Shown here piece by piece: positions 1 to 14,902 of a stretch of DNA of 64,000 nt (positions within the stretch are counted from its first letter, which is position 1; each line of letters starts with the position of its first letter). A model generated the notes under the pieces. The model saw only the letters and a list, made by a program, of their open reading frames with translations, was not told the DNA's origin and ran no database searches. The stretch comes from Eledone cirrhosa (taxonomy: Eukaryota). The stretch covers positions 253,394,001 to 253,458,000 of the forward strand of contig OZ024741.1 of the NCBI GenBank assembly GCA_964016885.1, given 5' to 3'. Made by a program: the position numbers and the translations under genes.

Positions 1-3000
1 AACTAATGGCTACCATACCATTAACACCAGTCATACCATCAATATCACTTATAACTGCCATACCATCAATATAACTAATGGCTACCATAACATTAACACC
101 AGTCATAGCATCAATATCACTGATAACTGCCATACCATCAATATAACTAATGGCTACCATACCATTAACACCACTCATACCATCAATACCACTGATAACT
201 GCCATACCATCAATATAACAAATAGCTACCATACCATTAACACCAGTCATACCATCAATATCACTGATAACTGCCATACCATCAATATAACTAATGGCTA
301 CCATATCATTAACACAAGTCATGCCATCAATACCACTGATAACTGCCATACCATCATTATAACTAATGGCTACCATACCATTAACACCAGTCATACCATC
401 AATACCACTGATAACTGCCATACCATCAATATAACTAATGGCTACCATACCATTAACACCAGTCATACAGTCAATATCACTGATAACTGCCATACCATAA
501 AAAAAACTAATGGCTACCATACCATTAACACCAGTCATACCATCAATATCACTGATAACTGCCATACCATCAATATAACTAATGGCTACCATACCATTAA
601 CACTAGTCATACCATCAATACCACTGATAACTGCCATACCATCAATATAACTAATGGCTACCATACCATTAACACCAGTCATACGATCAATACCACTGAA
701 AACTGCCATACCATCAATATAACTAATGGCTACCATACCATTAACACCACTCATACCATCAATATCACTGATAACTGCCATACCATCAATATAACTAATG
801 GCTACCGTACCATTAACACCAGTCATACGATCAATACCACTGATAACTGCCATACCATCAATATAACTAATGGCTACCATACCATTAACACCAGTCATAC
901 CATCAATACCACTGATAACTGCCATACCATCAATATAACTAATGGCTACCATAGCATTAACACCAGTCATACCATCAATACCACTGATAACTGCCATACC
1001 ATCAATATAACTAATAGCTACCATACCATTAACACCAATCATACCATCAATATCACTGATAACTGCCATACAATCAATATAACTAATAGCTACCATACCA
1101 TTAACACCAGTCATACCATCAATATCACTGATAACTGCCATACCATCAATATAACTAATGGCTACCATACCATTAACACCAGTCATACCATCAATATCAC
1201 TGATAACTGCCATACCATCAATATAACTAATAGCTACCATACCATTAACACCAATGATACCATCAATATCACTGATAACTGCCATACCATCAATATAACT
1301 AATGGCTACCATACCATTAACACTAGTCATACCATCAATTCCACTGATAACTGCCATACCATCAATAAAACTAATGGCTACCATACCATTAACACCAGTC
1401 ATACCATCAATATCACTGATAACTGCCATACCATCAATATAACTAATGGCTACCATAACATTAACACCAGTCATACACTCAATACCACTGATAACAGCCA
1501 TACCATCAATAAAACTAATGGCTACCATACCATTAACACCAGTCATACCATCAATATCACTGATAACTGCCATACCATCAATATAACTAATGGCTACCAT
1601 ACCATTAACACCAGTCATACCATCAATACCACTGATAACTGCCATACCATAAATGAAACTAATGGCTACAATACCATTACACCAGTCATACCATCAATAC
1701 CACTGATAACTGCCATACCATCAATATAACTAATCACTACCATACCATTAACACCAGTCATACCATCAATACTACTGATAACTGCCATACCATCAATATA
1801 ACTAATGGCTACCATACCATTAACACCAGTCATACAGTCAATACCACTGATAACTGCCATACCATCAATGAAACTAATGGCTACCATACCATTAACACCA
1901 GTAATACCATCAATACCACTGATAACTGCCATACCATCAATATAACTAATGACTACCATACCATTAACACCAGTCATACCATCAATACTACTGATAACTG
2001 CCATACCATCAATATAACTAATGGCTACCATACCATTAACACCAGTCATACCATCAATATCACTGATAACTGCCATACCATCAATATAACTAATGGCTAC
2101 CATATCATTAACACAAGTCATACCAGCAATACCACTGATAACTGCCATACCATCAATATAACTAATGGCTACCATAACATTAACACCAGTCATACAGTCA
2201 ATATCACTGATAACTGCCATACCATCAAAAAAACTAATGGCTACCATACCATTAACACCAGTCATACCATCAATACCACTGATAACTGCCATACCATCAA
2301 TATAACTAATGACTACCATACCATTAACACCAGTCATACCATCAATACCACTGATAACTGCCATACCATCAATATAACTAATGGCTACCATACCATTAAC
2401 ACCAGTCATACCATCAATATCACTGATAACTGCCATACCATCAATATAACTAATGGCTACCATACCATTAACACCAGTCATACCATCAATATCACTGATA
2501 ACTGCCATACCATCAATATAACTATTGGCTACCATACAATTAACACCAGTCATACCATCAATACCACTGATAACTGCCATACCATCAATATAACTAATGG
2601 CTACCATACCATTAACACCAGTCATACCATCAATACCACTGATAACTGCCATTCCATCAATATAACTAATGGCTACCATAGCATTAACACCAGTCATACC
2701 ATCAATACCACTGATAACTGCCATACCATCAATATAACTAATAGCTACCATACCATTAACACCAGTCATACCATCAATACCACTGATAACTGCCATACCA
2801 TCAATATAACTAATAGCTACCATACCATTAACACCAATCATACCATCAATATCACTGATAACTGCCATACCATCAATATAACTAATAGCTACCATACCAT
2901 TAACACCAGTCATACCATCAATATAAACTGATAACTGCCATACCATCAATATAACTAATGGCTACCATAGCATTAACACCAGTCATACCATCAATACCAC

Positions 3001-4507
3001 TGATAACTGCCATACCATCAATATAACTAATAGCTACCATACCATTAACACCAATCATACCATCAATATCACTGATAACTGCCATACCATCAATATAACT
3101 AATAGCTACCATACCATTAACACCAGTCATACCATCAATATCACTGATAACTGCCATACCATCAATATAACTAATGGCTACTATAACATTAAAACCAGTC
3201 ATACCATCAATACCACTGATAACTGCCATACCATCAATATAACTAATGGCTACCATACCATTAACACCAGTCATACCATCAATACCACTGATAACTGTCA
3301 TACCATCAGTAACACTAATGACTACAATACCATTAACACCAGTCATACCATCAATACCACTGATACCTGCCATACCATCAATATAACTAATGGCTACCAT
3401 ACCATTAACACCAGTCATACCATTAATACCACTGATAACTGCCATACCATCAATATAACTAATGGCTACCATACCATTAACACCAGTCATACCATCAATA
3501 CCACTGATAACTGCCATACCATCAATATAACTAATGGCTAGCATACCATTAACACCAGTCATACCATCAATATCACTGATAACTGCCATACCATTAACAC
3601 CAGTCATACCATCAATACCACTGATAACTGCCATACCATCAATATAACTAATGGCTACCATACCATTAACACCAGTCATACCATCAATACCACTGATAAT
3701 TGCCATACCATCAATATAACTAATGGCTACCATACCATTAACAACAGTCATACCATCAATATCACTGATAACTGCCATACCATCAATATAACTAATGGCT
3801 ACCATACCATTAACACCAGTCATACCATCAATATCACTGATAACTGCCATACCATCAATATAACTAATGGCTACCATACCATTAACACCAGTCATACCAT
3901 CAATACCACTGATAACTGCCATACCATGAATATAACTAATGGCTACCATACCGTTAATACCAGTCATACCATCAATACCACTGATAACTGCCATACCATC
4001 AGTAACACTAATGACTACCATACCATTACACCAGTCATACCATCAATACCACTGAAACCTGCCATACCATCAATATAACTAATGGCTACCATACCATTAA
4101 CACCAGTCATACCATTAATACCACTGATAACTGCCATACCATCAATATAACTAATGGCAACCATACCATTAACACCAGTCATACCATCAATACCACTGAT
4201 AACTGCCATACCATCAATATAACTAATGACTACCATACCATTAACACCAGTCATACCATCAATACCACTGATACCTGCCATACCATCAATATAACTAATG
4301 GCTACCATACCATTAACACCAGTCATACCATTAATACCACTGATAACTGCCATACCATCAATATAACTAATGGCTACCATACCATTAACACCAGTCATAC
4401 CATCAATATCACTGATAACTGCCATACCATCAATATAACTAATGGCTACCATACCATTAACACCAGTCATACCATCAATACCACTGATAACTGCCATACC
4501 ATCAATA
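1..4507. repeat. 72-bp minisatellite array (about 60 copies, runs off the window start), with 27+27+18 substructure
   Basis: Unit aactaatggctaccataccattaacaccagtcataccatcaataycactgataactgccataccatcaatat; minus-strand ORFs repeat every 24 aa (MVAISYIDGMAVISGIDGMTGVNG) with frame breaks. Confidence 0.97.
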
Positions 4508-4693
4508 GATCGATTCCAAACGAATGTTTGGAAGAAACGATTGTCAGCAATAAAATGATCTGAACATAGCTTTGAATATTCTGTAATTTATATACCTGCT
4601 CTGTAAAACATCTGATGTATTTACATTGAGCTATTTTTCTTACTGGCAATAAGGGTGGGTATATATATATATATATATATATATAGTGGTTAG

Positions 4694-4746
<53 letters not shown>

Positions 4747-4995
4747 GAAAGGTATAGAAAACACTGCAGCGAAAAGCGAACAGCATTCCATAGTATATAA
4801 GTGACTATAGCATCAAAATGGGAAAAATAGTTAACGTAAGATGTGGGAAAAATAATTTAAACTCATCCTAAAGAGAATCAGGATATAAATTCATCCACAG
4901 AATTTATTGAAATCCAGGGAAAAATCAATAGAGCCTTAACTCATGATAAAATAAAGTTCAAGATACCTATCCTTCAATTTGGAAAAACTTCAAAT

Positions 4996-5073
4996 GCTAT
5001 GTATAGTCATAAGGCTATTTCATGAAAACTTTCAGCGGAGATGGTCACGGTTGGAGATCATCATCAGCAGAGC
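4996..5073 (-). ncRNA. Type I hammerhead ribozyme candidate in a (TA)n-embedded insert (4743-5165)
   Basis: Minus strand GCTCTG-CTGATGA-tga...tcat-GAAA-TAGcc ttat gaCTA-TA-CATAGC; stem I 5/6 pairs, long weak stem II. Confidence 0.55.
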
Positions 5074-5180
5074 TCAACTCGATAACCAGGATTCTCGCAG
5101 ATTAATATACCAAAAAGGGAATTCTAAAGCTGGCCAGTCCAACATCATGCGTGACCACGAAGAGCATATATATATATATA

Positions 5181-5492
5181 TAGTGGTTAGAGCATTGGCC
5201 TTGCAATCGAAAGGTTGTGAGTTCAATTCTCAGACCAGGTGATGTATTGTTTCCTTGAGCAAGACACTTTATTTCACATTGCTCCAGTTTGCTCAGCTGT
5301 AGAAATGAGATGATAGGGATATCCATATCATTCCACTGCAAAGTGGTCGTGGAGGTGCCACGCAAAAAAGCACCCAGCACTCACTGTAAATGAGGTTGGT
5401 GTTAGGAAGGACATCTAGCTGTAGAAATCAAGCCAAAATCAGTTCCCGTCCCACCCTTGCAAGCAGGGAAAAAGCGGACGTAAAATGAAATG

Positions 5493-5495
<3 letters not shown>
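5181..5495 (+). mobile_element. tRNA-derived SINE family 1, 5'-truncated copy
   Basis: B box GAGTTCAATTC, body CCTTGAGCAAGACACTTT, RTE-like tail; near-identical to 7 other copies. Confidence 0.9.
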
Positions 5496-5533
<38 letters not shown>

Positions 5534-5536
<3 letters not shown>

Positions 5537-6812
5537 TAGGTGTATTTAATTTGTTGGAAGTCCGACAAATATAAATGTTTATAACTGATTTAGAGCACTC
5601 AACAAATTAGTGGAGTAAATATTCAATGATATTAAATAAATGGAAACTATATTTATAAAACCATATTTATTTTATTATATATATTTCAAGGGTACCGAGA
5701 CACATTGGTACGCTTTCCTCAGATAAAATACAAAGTTTGTTTTATAAATAGAGACATAGCTGTGAAAATCATACCTTATCGGTTGGATATTCTCTGGATA
5801 GTGGAAATTTATTAGGGATTTTTCAAACTTATGGGTGAATATGCAAATGAATATGTAAATAATTGAAAAACAACCGTTTATTTAAACGACTATGGAGAGA
5901 GAGAGAAGAGATAAGAGGAGAAGGATAAAATAGTGAGAGAGAGAGATGAAAGAAACAAGAGAAGATGAATAAAAACTCATATAACGTTAATTTGAGGGAA
6001 ATATATTCTAAGTATATATCTTAATAGTACGTGTATTTACAATTATTAGTAGTTTAAAATTTGTTTATAATATAATATTTTTCTTCTGTTATAAGTAGAA
6101 AAAAAAAAAAAAAAAATAGATGGGTATATCATGTTATAGATAATTGTTCTAATGAGTTATGAGGGATATTGGTTTTGTATTTAATGTAAATAAATATTAA
6201 GTTAAATTAAATTAAATTAACTGAGTTAAGAAGAATATTTATATTTGTATGATTTAAAATGGGAAGATACGGAAAAAATTCCGGTTTAATTTATTTATTC
6301 GTTAGTGTGAGACTATTTAGTCAAAATAGGTATAGATGTTGAAAAATACATTTAGCCAGAATCAGTTAGTGGTTATAAATCTATTGAAAAAATATTGACA
6401 AAATATTGATAAAGTATTGAAAAAATATTGAAAACGTATTGAAAAAATATTGAAAAATTTGAGAAAATTAAAAAAAAATAATAATAATAATAATTTATAA
6501 GAGATAAGTAATTTTTAAAGAAATAAAAATTAAAGAAATAAAAATTAAAGAAATAAAAATTATTAAAATTAAAATTTAAAAAAAAAGAATTATATACGTA
6601 TATATTTTATGAAACTTCAAGAAGTGGAATTACAGCAAATGTTATAGATATTATGATTTAGAGATATCAATATACTAAAACCAAGTGGATGAGATTGTTA
6701 TGGAAATAAGTAGAAATATTATAAGTATAATTATAAGTTATATATAGATCTGAATGTTGAATTCTGGCGATGTTTACAAGAATTAAATAAATTTGTTCTT
6801 AGATTAATAGAG
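5534..6812 (-). mobile_element. Penelope-like element 3' fragment (family A): GIY-YIG tail, 3' UTR and HHR
   Basis: Minus frame ends SINLRTNLFNSCKHRQNSTFRSIYNL* (stop 6731), matching the LLNxxxExxxxCxH tail; HHR near 3' end; flanked by (TA)n; 3' end repeated at 25381, 25966, 62300. Confidence 0.7.
5668..5730 (-). ncRNA. Type I hammerhead ribozyme (family A)
   Basis: TATTTTAT-CTGAGGA-AAGcGTACC..GGTACcCTT-GAAA-TATATA-TA-ATAAAATA: 8-bp stem I, intact core, palindromic stem III. Confidence 0.85.
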
Positions 6813-6844
<32 letters not shown>

Positions 6845-6845
6845 A

Positions 6846-7196
6846 CAAAATACACCCCCGTCCCACCACCTCCACCCCATCCACACCACCCCTTTCAATG
6901 TAAAGTTATGTTGGTGCCACAACATCCAGGCCGAAACAAATGAGATCGTGTAGGTGTCACAACAAAAAAACACACAGTCCACGCTGTAATGTGGCCGTGT
7001 AGGCAACACGGTAAAAACCTCCCAGACCCACACTGCAAATGTGGTTGGTGTTAGGAAGGGCATCCAGCTGTAGAAAACCCGCCAGACAGTCCTATGCGAG
7101 CAAGACAACCACTCTTGCCTCAAGTGGGAAAACTCCCGTCCAAACCCATGCAAGCGTGGAACATGGACGTTAAACGATGATGATGATGATGATGAT
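6846..7196 (+). mobile_element. RTE LINE 3' UTR fragment
   Basis: Matches 3' UTR of RTE copies at 27260-27598 and 61466-61810; ends ggacgttaaac(gat)n. Confidence 0.8.
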
Positions 7197-7199
7197 ATA

Positions 7200-9390
7200 G
7201 GGAAGTAAAGGACATTACCAAGAAGCTAGGTGACAAGTATACTTTGCAAGAAGGGAAGTGAAAAGAAAAAGATATATATGAACTAAAGATGAGAGGTATT
7301 CAAGATTGCAAGGCAGTGTGCCTGGGGAAATCGTAATGTTGTCAGAGCGAAGTGTGTTTGAGATGATAATGGGGCATTTGCCCTCACCAATGCTGAAAAG
7401 AAAGTAGCATGGAAGTACCATTACAAGAGACTGATGAATAAGAAGGATGTATGGGAGGAAGATAGTCTGCCCCAAGTTGACCCAACAGAAGGACCATCCA
7501 TAAAAGTCATCAACAGCATAATAGGTAAGACAATTAAGGATATCAAGACAGCTATATCAGCTAGACCATAGTAATACAAAATGGTGTCATATTCAATAAC
7601 TGGCATAGCAGTACCATCATCAACTGCTACAAAAGCAAAGGAGATGTATTAGGCAGAGAAAACTATAGAGGTATCAAGTTGATAGACACTAGGCCATGAA
7701 GGTAATAGAAAGAATTATAATACAGCTGATCAGAAACCAAGTTAATCTAGATGAGATGCGGTTTGGATTTGTGCCAAGTAAAAGAACCACTGATGCCCTC
7801 TTCTTTTTGAGGCAACTGTAGAAGTACCTAGCTAAAAATAAGCCCCTCTACTTGGTATTTGTTGACCTGGAGAAAGCATTTGACAGAATCTCCATTTTAT
7901 AATTTGGTGGGCTCTTAGAAAACTTGGGGTAGTTGAGTGGTTTGTGAGGGTAGTACAAGCTATGTACAGAGGAGCAGTCTGCAAGGTTGGAATTATCAAT
8001 GATTATTGTGAGGAATTTAGTGTGCAAGTTGGGATCCATCAGGGCTTTGTTCTTAGCCTTTTCCTGTTTATTATCTTCCTCTGGCTATACTGGAAGATTT
8101 TAAGACTAGCTGCCCATGGGAACTCCTATATATTGATGACCTAAACCTAATAGCCACATCTATAACAGAATTAGAGAAGAGATTCCACACTTGGAAGTAT
8201 AGCTTGGAAGCAAAAGGTTTTAAAGTCAACTGGAAAAAATTTAAGTCGTAGGAAATAAAAAGAAAAACAGGGTGCTGATCCCTTCAGGGAAATGGGCTTG
8301 CTCAGTGTATAGGAAAGGGGTGGGTAGAAATTCTGTCCTATGTCTCAAATGCAAACTATGGTTACACAAGAAATGTAGCAGGGTCTCAGGCAGGCTAGCA
8401 AAGAATGTAGGTTTTATATGTGTTTGATGCACAGGAGCAGTAAGCACCAAGAACATACATGAAACAACGCTCTATTAAATGTTCAGAGGGCTTCATGGAA
8501 GTAGTTGATAGCTTCTGTTTAATGGGTAGTCAATTTAACAGTGGAAGTGGGTGTTCTGAAAGTGCAGTAGCCAGAGTGGCAACAGCATGGAAAAAGTTCA
8601 AGGAGCTACTACCATTGTTTGCTATGAAGGGTTTTTGCTTCATTATGAAAGGTAGATTGCATAATGCTTGTGTATGAACAGCAATGCTGCATGAAAGTGA
8701 GACCTGGACACTGTAGGCAGAGGTACCTATGAAGATTGGAAAGAAATGAAGCTTGCATACTTCAATTGATGTTTAATAGTAGTATGCATAAATGGCAAGG
8801 GGTCAATTAATTAAGAGAGAAACGACATAAAAGGATACAGATGCAGTGTTCAGTAAAGGAGATTGTAGTGGTATGGTCATGTGATGCACATGGAGGATGT
8901 CAGCTGTATAAAAAAGTGCTGGGCCCTCAAAATGTATGGAGGCTATGAAAGAGAAAGACCTAGGAATCCTTGGGATTAAGTGATAAAAGCTGACCTTGCA
9001 CAATTAAACCTTGCAAAGGAGATTACACAGGATCGAGATCTCTGGCGTTATGCTGTACTACAGAAGACTTGCCTTCCCGTGAGCAAAGTAGTCATGTTAG
9101 ATGCATGACAAAAGGCACACAGTCCACCCTGTATGGTGATTGTGCTGATGACACGATGAAAAACCACCCATTCCACTCTGGTAGATGGTCATTTTGGTGC
9201 CATCATCAAAAGTACCAAGTCTACACTGTAACGTGGTTGATGTTAGGAAAGACATCCAGCTATAGAAACCAAGCCAAAATACAGATCCGTATGAACACTT
9301 GATCTGACATGACTCATAACATGACAAACCATCTAACTTAACTCATTCAAGCGTGGAAAATAGATGTTAAATGATTATGATGATGATGAT
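7200..9390 (+). pseudogene. Degenerate RTE-clade LINE, RT region to 3' UTR
   Basis: Fragments FGFVPSKRTTDALF, LVFVDLEKAFDR, VGIHQGFVLSLFLF, Cys-rich finger near 8270-8430, AWKKFKELLPL; many stops/frameshifts; (GAT)n tail. Confidence 0.9.
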
Positions 9391-9530
9391 ATATATGCAT
9401 ATGCTAGTGTGTCTCTCTGAGTATGTGCATGCTATTATGTGTGCATATCTCTGTGTGTATGTAATACACACACACACCCATATGTGTTATGTGTGTGTGT
9501 GTATATATATATATGTATGTGTGTGTGTGT

Positions 9531-9861
9531 GGAGGCACATGGCTTAGTGGTTAGAGCATTGGGCTTGCAATCGAAAGGTTGTGAGTTCAATTCTCAGACC
9601 AGGTGATGTGTTGTTTCCTTGAGCAAGACACTTTATTTCACATTGCTCCAGTTTACTCAGCTGTAGAAATGAGATGATAGGGACTGGGGTCCCTATCATT
9701 CCACTGTAAAGTGGACGTGTAGGCGCCATGGAAAAAAAAGCACCCAGCACTCACTGTAAATGAGGTTGGTGTTAGGAAGGAGATCCAGCTGTAGAAATCA
9801 AGCCAGAATCAGTTCCCGTCCCACCCTTGCAAGCAGGGAAAAGCAGATGTAAAATGATGAT
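9531..9861 (+). mobile_element. tRNA-derived SINE family 1, full length
   Basis: A box TGGCTTAGTGG, B box, body, RTE-like tail. Confidence 0.92.
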
Positions 9862-10804
9862 ATATATATATATATATAGTATTAGAAATAAGCATCTAAA
9901 TATGTGATCACCATAATATACACATATATACACCCTTGCACACATACATAAATGGTTGCATGCATGTATACATACATACACACAAACATACACACACATG
10001 CTCACATACATTAATGGATGCATGCATGCATACATACATAAATACATACATAAATAGATGCATATATACATACGTACATACATGCATGCATGCAGGCATG
10101 CATACATACATACATACATACATACATACATACATACATACATACATACATACATACATACATACATACATACAAATGTATGTATGTATATTTACAGGGA
10201 ACGTGAGAGAAGGAGCAGGGAAGAGAGAAAAAGTTAGCTAAGCTGATTATAAAGGCCAAGAGAAGAGCAAGTGTATGGTAAAGGTATTAATTTGGTGTTT
10301 AAGACTGTTTGTTTCTTAGGTTGGGGTTGTGGGGAGGTAGAGAGAGAGAGATGGATGGGGTGAGGTAGAGAGAGGGTGATAAGGAGAGACGGAGAGAGTG
10401 AGAGGAGGGAGAGAAAAGAGAGATAGGGAGAGAGAGAGATAGAGAAAAGGGGAGAGAAATAGATAGAGTGATGAGAGAGAGAGAGAGAGAGAGAACTAGT
10501 GAGAGGGAGGGAGAGAAAGAGAAAGAGAGGGAGATAGAGAGAGAGGGGGAGAGATAGAGGAGAGAGAGAGTGAGAGAAGACCATTGTTTGTTAGGTAGAG
10601 AAAAGGGATAGTAGGCGGGGGGGGGGGGGGCTAGAACATAGCAAGTTTAATAGAGGAGGGGTGGAGCAGAGGGAAAGGTAAGACAGAAGGGTGGAGTGGG
10701 CCAATGGAAGGGGGGGGGGCTACATAGTTTGCTTCTTAAGATTGGAGATAAAAGAGAAAGAAGGAACAAGCAAAGTAATTTATTAAGTAGAAGATAAGAT
10801 AGAG

Positions 10805-11250
10805 TGAGGGAGGTGATGGTGAAACTGATGGTGGTGATGGTGGTGGTAATGATGGTGGTGGTGGTGGTGGTAATGATGGTGGTGGTAATGATGGTGATGG
10901 TGGTGGTAATGATGGTGGTGGTGGTGGTGGTAATGATGGTGGTGAATGGTGGTGGTGGTGGTAATGATGGTGGTGGTGGTGATGATGGTGGTGATGGTGG
11001 TGATGATGTGGTAATGATGATGCTGGTGGTGATGGTGGTGATGATGATGATGGTGGTGTCCGTGGTGGTGGTGGTGGTAGTAGTGGTGGTGGTAATAGTG
11101 GTGATGGTGGCGTTGGTGGTAGTAGTGGTGGTGTTGGTGTTGGTGGAAGTAGTAGTGGTGTTGGTGGTGGTAGTAGTAGTGGTAGTAGTAGTAGTGATGG
11201 TGGTGGTAGTAGTAGTGGTGGTAGTAGTAGTAGTAGTGATGGTGGTGGAT
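10805..11250. repeat. (GGT/GAT/AGT)n low-complexity tract
   Basis: Degenerate trinucleotide repeat. Confidence 0.95.
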
Positions 11251-11392
11251 GTTACCAACAAAAACAATACCATATGCCACAAGGGAACCTCTCTTAGAAA
11301 TGGCTACCTTATCCCTTAAATCAAAACATGCTATCTTAAACATAGTGCACATTGAATAATGTAGTCCTAGATAGATTATGCATGACAGATAA

Positions 11393-11482
11393 TTGTTTCT
11401 ACGTTTGGTACAAGGCCAGCAATTATCCCAGTGCATTACTGGTACTTTATTTTATCGACCCCTTAAGGATGAACGGCAAAGT
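11393..11482 (-). mobile_element. SINE family 2 3' fragment
   Basis: ggtactttattttatcgaccccttaaggatgaa, shared with 15628, 34938, 43305, 52805 copies. Confidence 0.75.
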
Positions 11483-13022
11483 GATGTAAAATGTTGTAAT
11501 GTGTTGTATGGTGATATGAAATGTAATGTGTTGTATGGTGAGGTGAAATGTTGTAATGTGTTGTATGGTGATATGAAATGTTGTAATGTGTTGTATGGTG
11601 AGGTGAAATGCTGTAATGTGTTGTATGGTGATATGAAATGTTGTAATGTGTTGTATGGTGATATGAAATGTTGTAATGTGTTGTATGGTGAGGTGAAATG
11701 TTGTAATGTGTTGTATGGTGATATGAAATGTTGTAATGTGTTGTATGGTGATATGAAATGTAATGTGTTGTATGGTGATATGAAATGTAATGTGTTGTAT
11801 GGTGAGGTGAAATGTTGTAATGTGTTGTATGGTGATATGAAATGTTGTAATGTGTTGTATGGTTAGGTGAAATGTTGTAATGTGTTGTATGGTGATATGA
11901 AATGTTGTAATGTGTTGTATGGTGAGGTGAAATGTTGTAATGTGTTGTATGGTGATATGAAATGTTGTAATGTGTTGTATGATGATATGAAATGTTGTAA
12001 TGTGTTGTATGGTGATATGAAATGTTGTAATGTGTTGTATGGTTATATGAAATGTTGTAATGTGTTGTATGGTGATATGAAATGTTGTAATGTGTTGTAT
12101 GGTTAGGTGAAATGTTGTAATGTGTTGTATGGTGATATGAAATGTTGTAATGTGTTGTATGGTGAGGTGAAATGTTGTAATGTGTTGTATGGTGATATGA
12201 AATGTTGTAATGTGTTGTATGATGATATGAAATGTTGTAATGTGTTGTATGGTGAGATGAAATGTTGTAATGTGTTGTATGGTGATATGAAATGTAATGT
12301 GTTGTATGGTGAGGTGAAATGTTGTAATGTGTTGTATGGTGATATGAAATGTAATGTGTTGTATGGTGAGGTGAAATGTTGTAATGTGTTGTATGGTGAT
12401 ATGAAATGTAATGTGTTGTATGATGATATGAAATGTAATGTGTTGTATGGTGATATGAAATGTTGTAATGTGTTGTATGGTGATATGAAATGTAATGTGT
12501 TGTATGGTGAGATGAAATGTAATGTGTTGTATGGTGATATGAAATGTTGTAATGTGTTGTATGATGATATGAAATGTTGTACTGTGTTGTATGGTGATAT
12601 GAAATGTTGTAATGTGTTGTATGGTGATATGAAATGTTGTAATGTGTTGTATGGTGATATGAAATGTTGTAATGTGGTGTATGGTGATATGAAATGTTGT
12701 AATGTGTTGTATGGTGATATGAAATGTTGTAATGTGTTGTATGGTGATATGAAATGTAATGTGTTGTATGGTGATATGAAATGTAATGTGTTGTATGGTG
12801 ATATGAAATGTTGTAATGTGTTGTATGATGATATGAAATGTTGTACTGTGTTGTATGATGATATGAAATGTTGTAATGTGTTGTATGGTGATATGAAATG
12901 TTGTACTGTGTTGTATGATGATATGAAATGTTGTACTGTGTTGTATGATGATATGAAATGTTGTAATGTGTTGTATGGTGATATGAAATGTTGTAATGTG
13001 TTGTATGATGATATGAAATGTT
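11483..13022. repeat. 30-bp minisatellite (27-bp variants), about 50 copies
   Basis: Unit gatatgaaatgttgtaatgtgttgtatggt. Confidence 0.97.
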
Positions 13023-13158
13023 GGAAGGGGTTCGGAGTGTTAGGAGAGAAGTGTGAGATGATGTAAAGTGCTGGAATATAAAGGCATTATGTGAGAATAA
13101 ACATAAGGATATTATAGTGATACTTTACTCCTGCTCCTTATTATTTTTATCATTATTA

Positions 13159-13345
13159 AGGGCAGTCAATTAGCGGAGTCATTACAGCATTGGTCAAAAT
13201 GCTTTGTGGTATTTGTTCCTGCTCTTTACATTCTGAGTTCAAATCTTGCCAAAATTAGAATTACCTTTCATCCTTACAGGGTTAATATAATAAAATATCA
13301 GTAACGCACTAGGGTCAATTCAATCGACTTTCCCCTTCACCAAAA
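13159..13345 (+). mobile_element. SINE family 2, diverged copy
   Basis: B-box-like GAGTTCAAATC followed by cctttcatccttacaggg. Confidence 0.7.
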
Positions 13346-13369
13346 CATGCATATATATATATATATATA

Positions 13370-13615
13370 TGGTACAGGCAAGTGACAAGATCTTCAGGGC
13401 TTGCCAAGACTGTCCTGAAGGGGAGAGTACAAGGAGGGAAGAAGAGAGGTAGACAGAAAAAGACAAGGGAGGACAACATCCTGGAATGGACAGGTATGAC
13501 ACTGGGTGCAACCATGAGAAGGGTGGAGAGGCAAAAGGAATGGAAGCAGCTGGTTGCCAGGTCATCTGTGGTGCCCTAGCAGTCCACCAAATTATGGGAC
13601 AGATAAGATAAGATA
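13370..13615 (+). mobile_element. RTE-like LINE 3' fragment with (GATAA)n tail
   Basis: TRSSGLAKTVLKGRVQGGKKRGRQKKTREDNILEWTG; gataagataagata end. Confidence 0.85.
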
Positions 13616-13774
13616 TTTTTTAAACAAATGACCATATAATCATGAGATAACTTGTACAATGCATGTCTGAATATAAAATTTTATTTTTTCTTAATAATTT
13701 TAATAAATTTTTATAAAGTTATTTACATATTGAGCATTTGTAAAAATTGTAAATAAAATTTGAAGATTGATTTT

Positions 13775-13826
<52 letters not shown>

Positions 13827-14003
13827 TAAATACATAAATGGAGAAAGCTATTAGCGATACTCCGACCAATTTCCAACTCACTCAAGAAACATTAGGAAAC
13901 ACCGGAGTATATTCCCAATTAAACGTTTGGGGTGCTAACTATATTGTATTGTGTGGATAAGCGGCTGTATTATTTTATATGAAATATATTAAAGATCTCA
14001 TTC

Positions 14004-14126
14004 CCCAAATGAATTGTTTCATTATAAGATTTCTACAAGGTGGGTGAAATTATACCAAGTTATGTAGAAGCTTGTGTAAGATCAATGGCTTCTTATTCAA
14101 GTGGGCCCTTATAAATCTTCAGTGGG
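14004..14126 (-). ncRNA. Degenerate HHR with long stem II
   Basis: CCCA-CTGAAGA-tTTATAAG...CTTATAAt-GAAACAATTcatt-TGGG; stem III disrupted. Confidence 0.45.
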
Positions 14127-14749
14127 TGCCCAATAATATTAATATTAATAACCAAATTAATATCAATATTTAGCGATAATCACCATCAGTGCTAGAAGGA
14201 ACTGCTAGGTTGTAAGTCCATATATATATATATATATTGAAATGATAACAAGGACGATTGGTTACTCCTTCATTACATTTATTGGTTGGTGACGCGCGTT
14301 TCGCCACTGATCAGCTCAAGGTTTGATCTGTATCGATCTTACCCGACTGTAATCCGCAGCTCAATGGACCCCCTTAAAATGAAAATGAAAATGAATACAT
14401 GCTATAAGTCAGAAGTTCATATGTTGGTCAATAGGGATTGTTTTGATTGGTGGAATAGATCATAGGGATGTTTTCGCTGTAGTGTATGGGGGTATGGGGG
14501 GGGGATGTGATGATAAGATGGTGGTGACATCACAGGCTGAGATGGGCTGTGGTGTGGGGGTAGTGGATTGTCAGTAGACAGATTGGCTATATTTGTGGCT
14601 GATTATTGTGTGTGGTGTGGGTGTGGTGGTGTTGTTTATGGTAATGGTGTTTATGGTGGTGTGGTGGATGTGTTGGTGGTGTCAAATACAATGAGGAGAT
14701 ACATACCTAGACACACTTAGTCTGACAAAAACGTTGTATACATACACAT

Positions 14750-14843
14750 GCGTATATACATACACACACATATATATATATGTGTGTGTGTATAGAGAGA
14801 GAGGGGGAGTGTCAGTGGGGATGGCGTAGTACATAGATAGAGG

Positions 14844-14902
<59 letters not shown>

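Noticed and set aside
9531-9600. tRNA gene
   Set aside because: No closing acceptor stem; always fused to the SINE body
11393-13066. Cys-rich repeat ORFs (MKCCNVLYGD)n
   Set aside because: Translation of a 30-bp minisatellite, interrupted by TAG stops and starting inside a SINE fragment
14287-14368. HHR 3' half CGAAACGCGCGTC on the minus strand
   Set aside because: No upstream CTGANGA with matching stem I; at most a truncated relic
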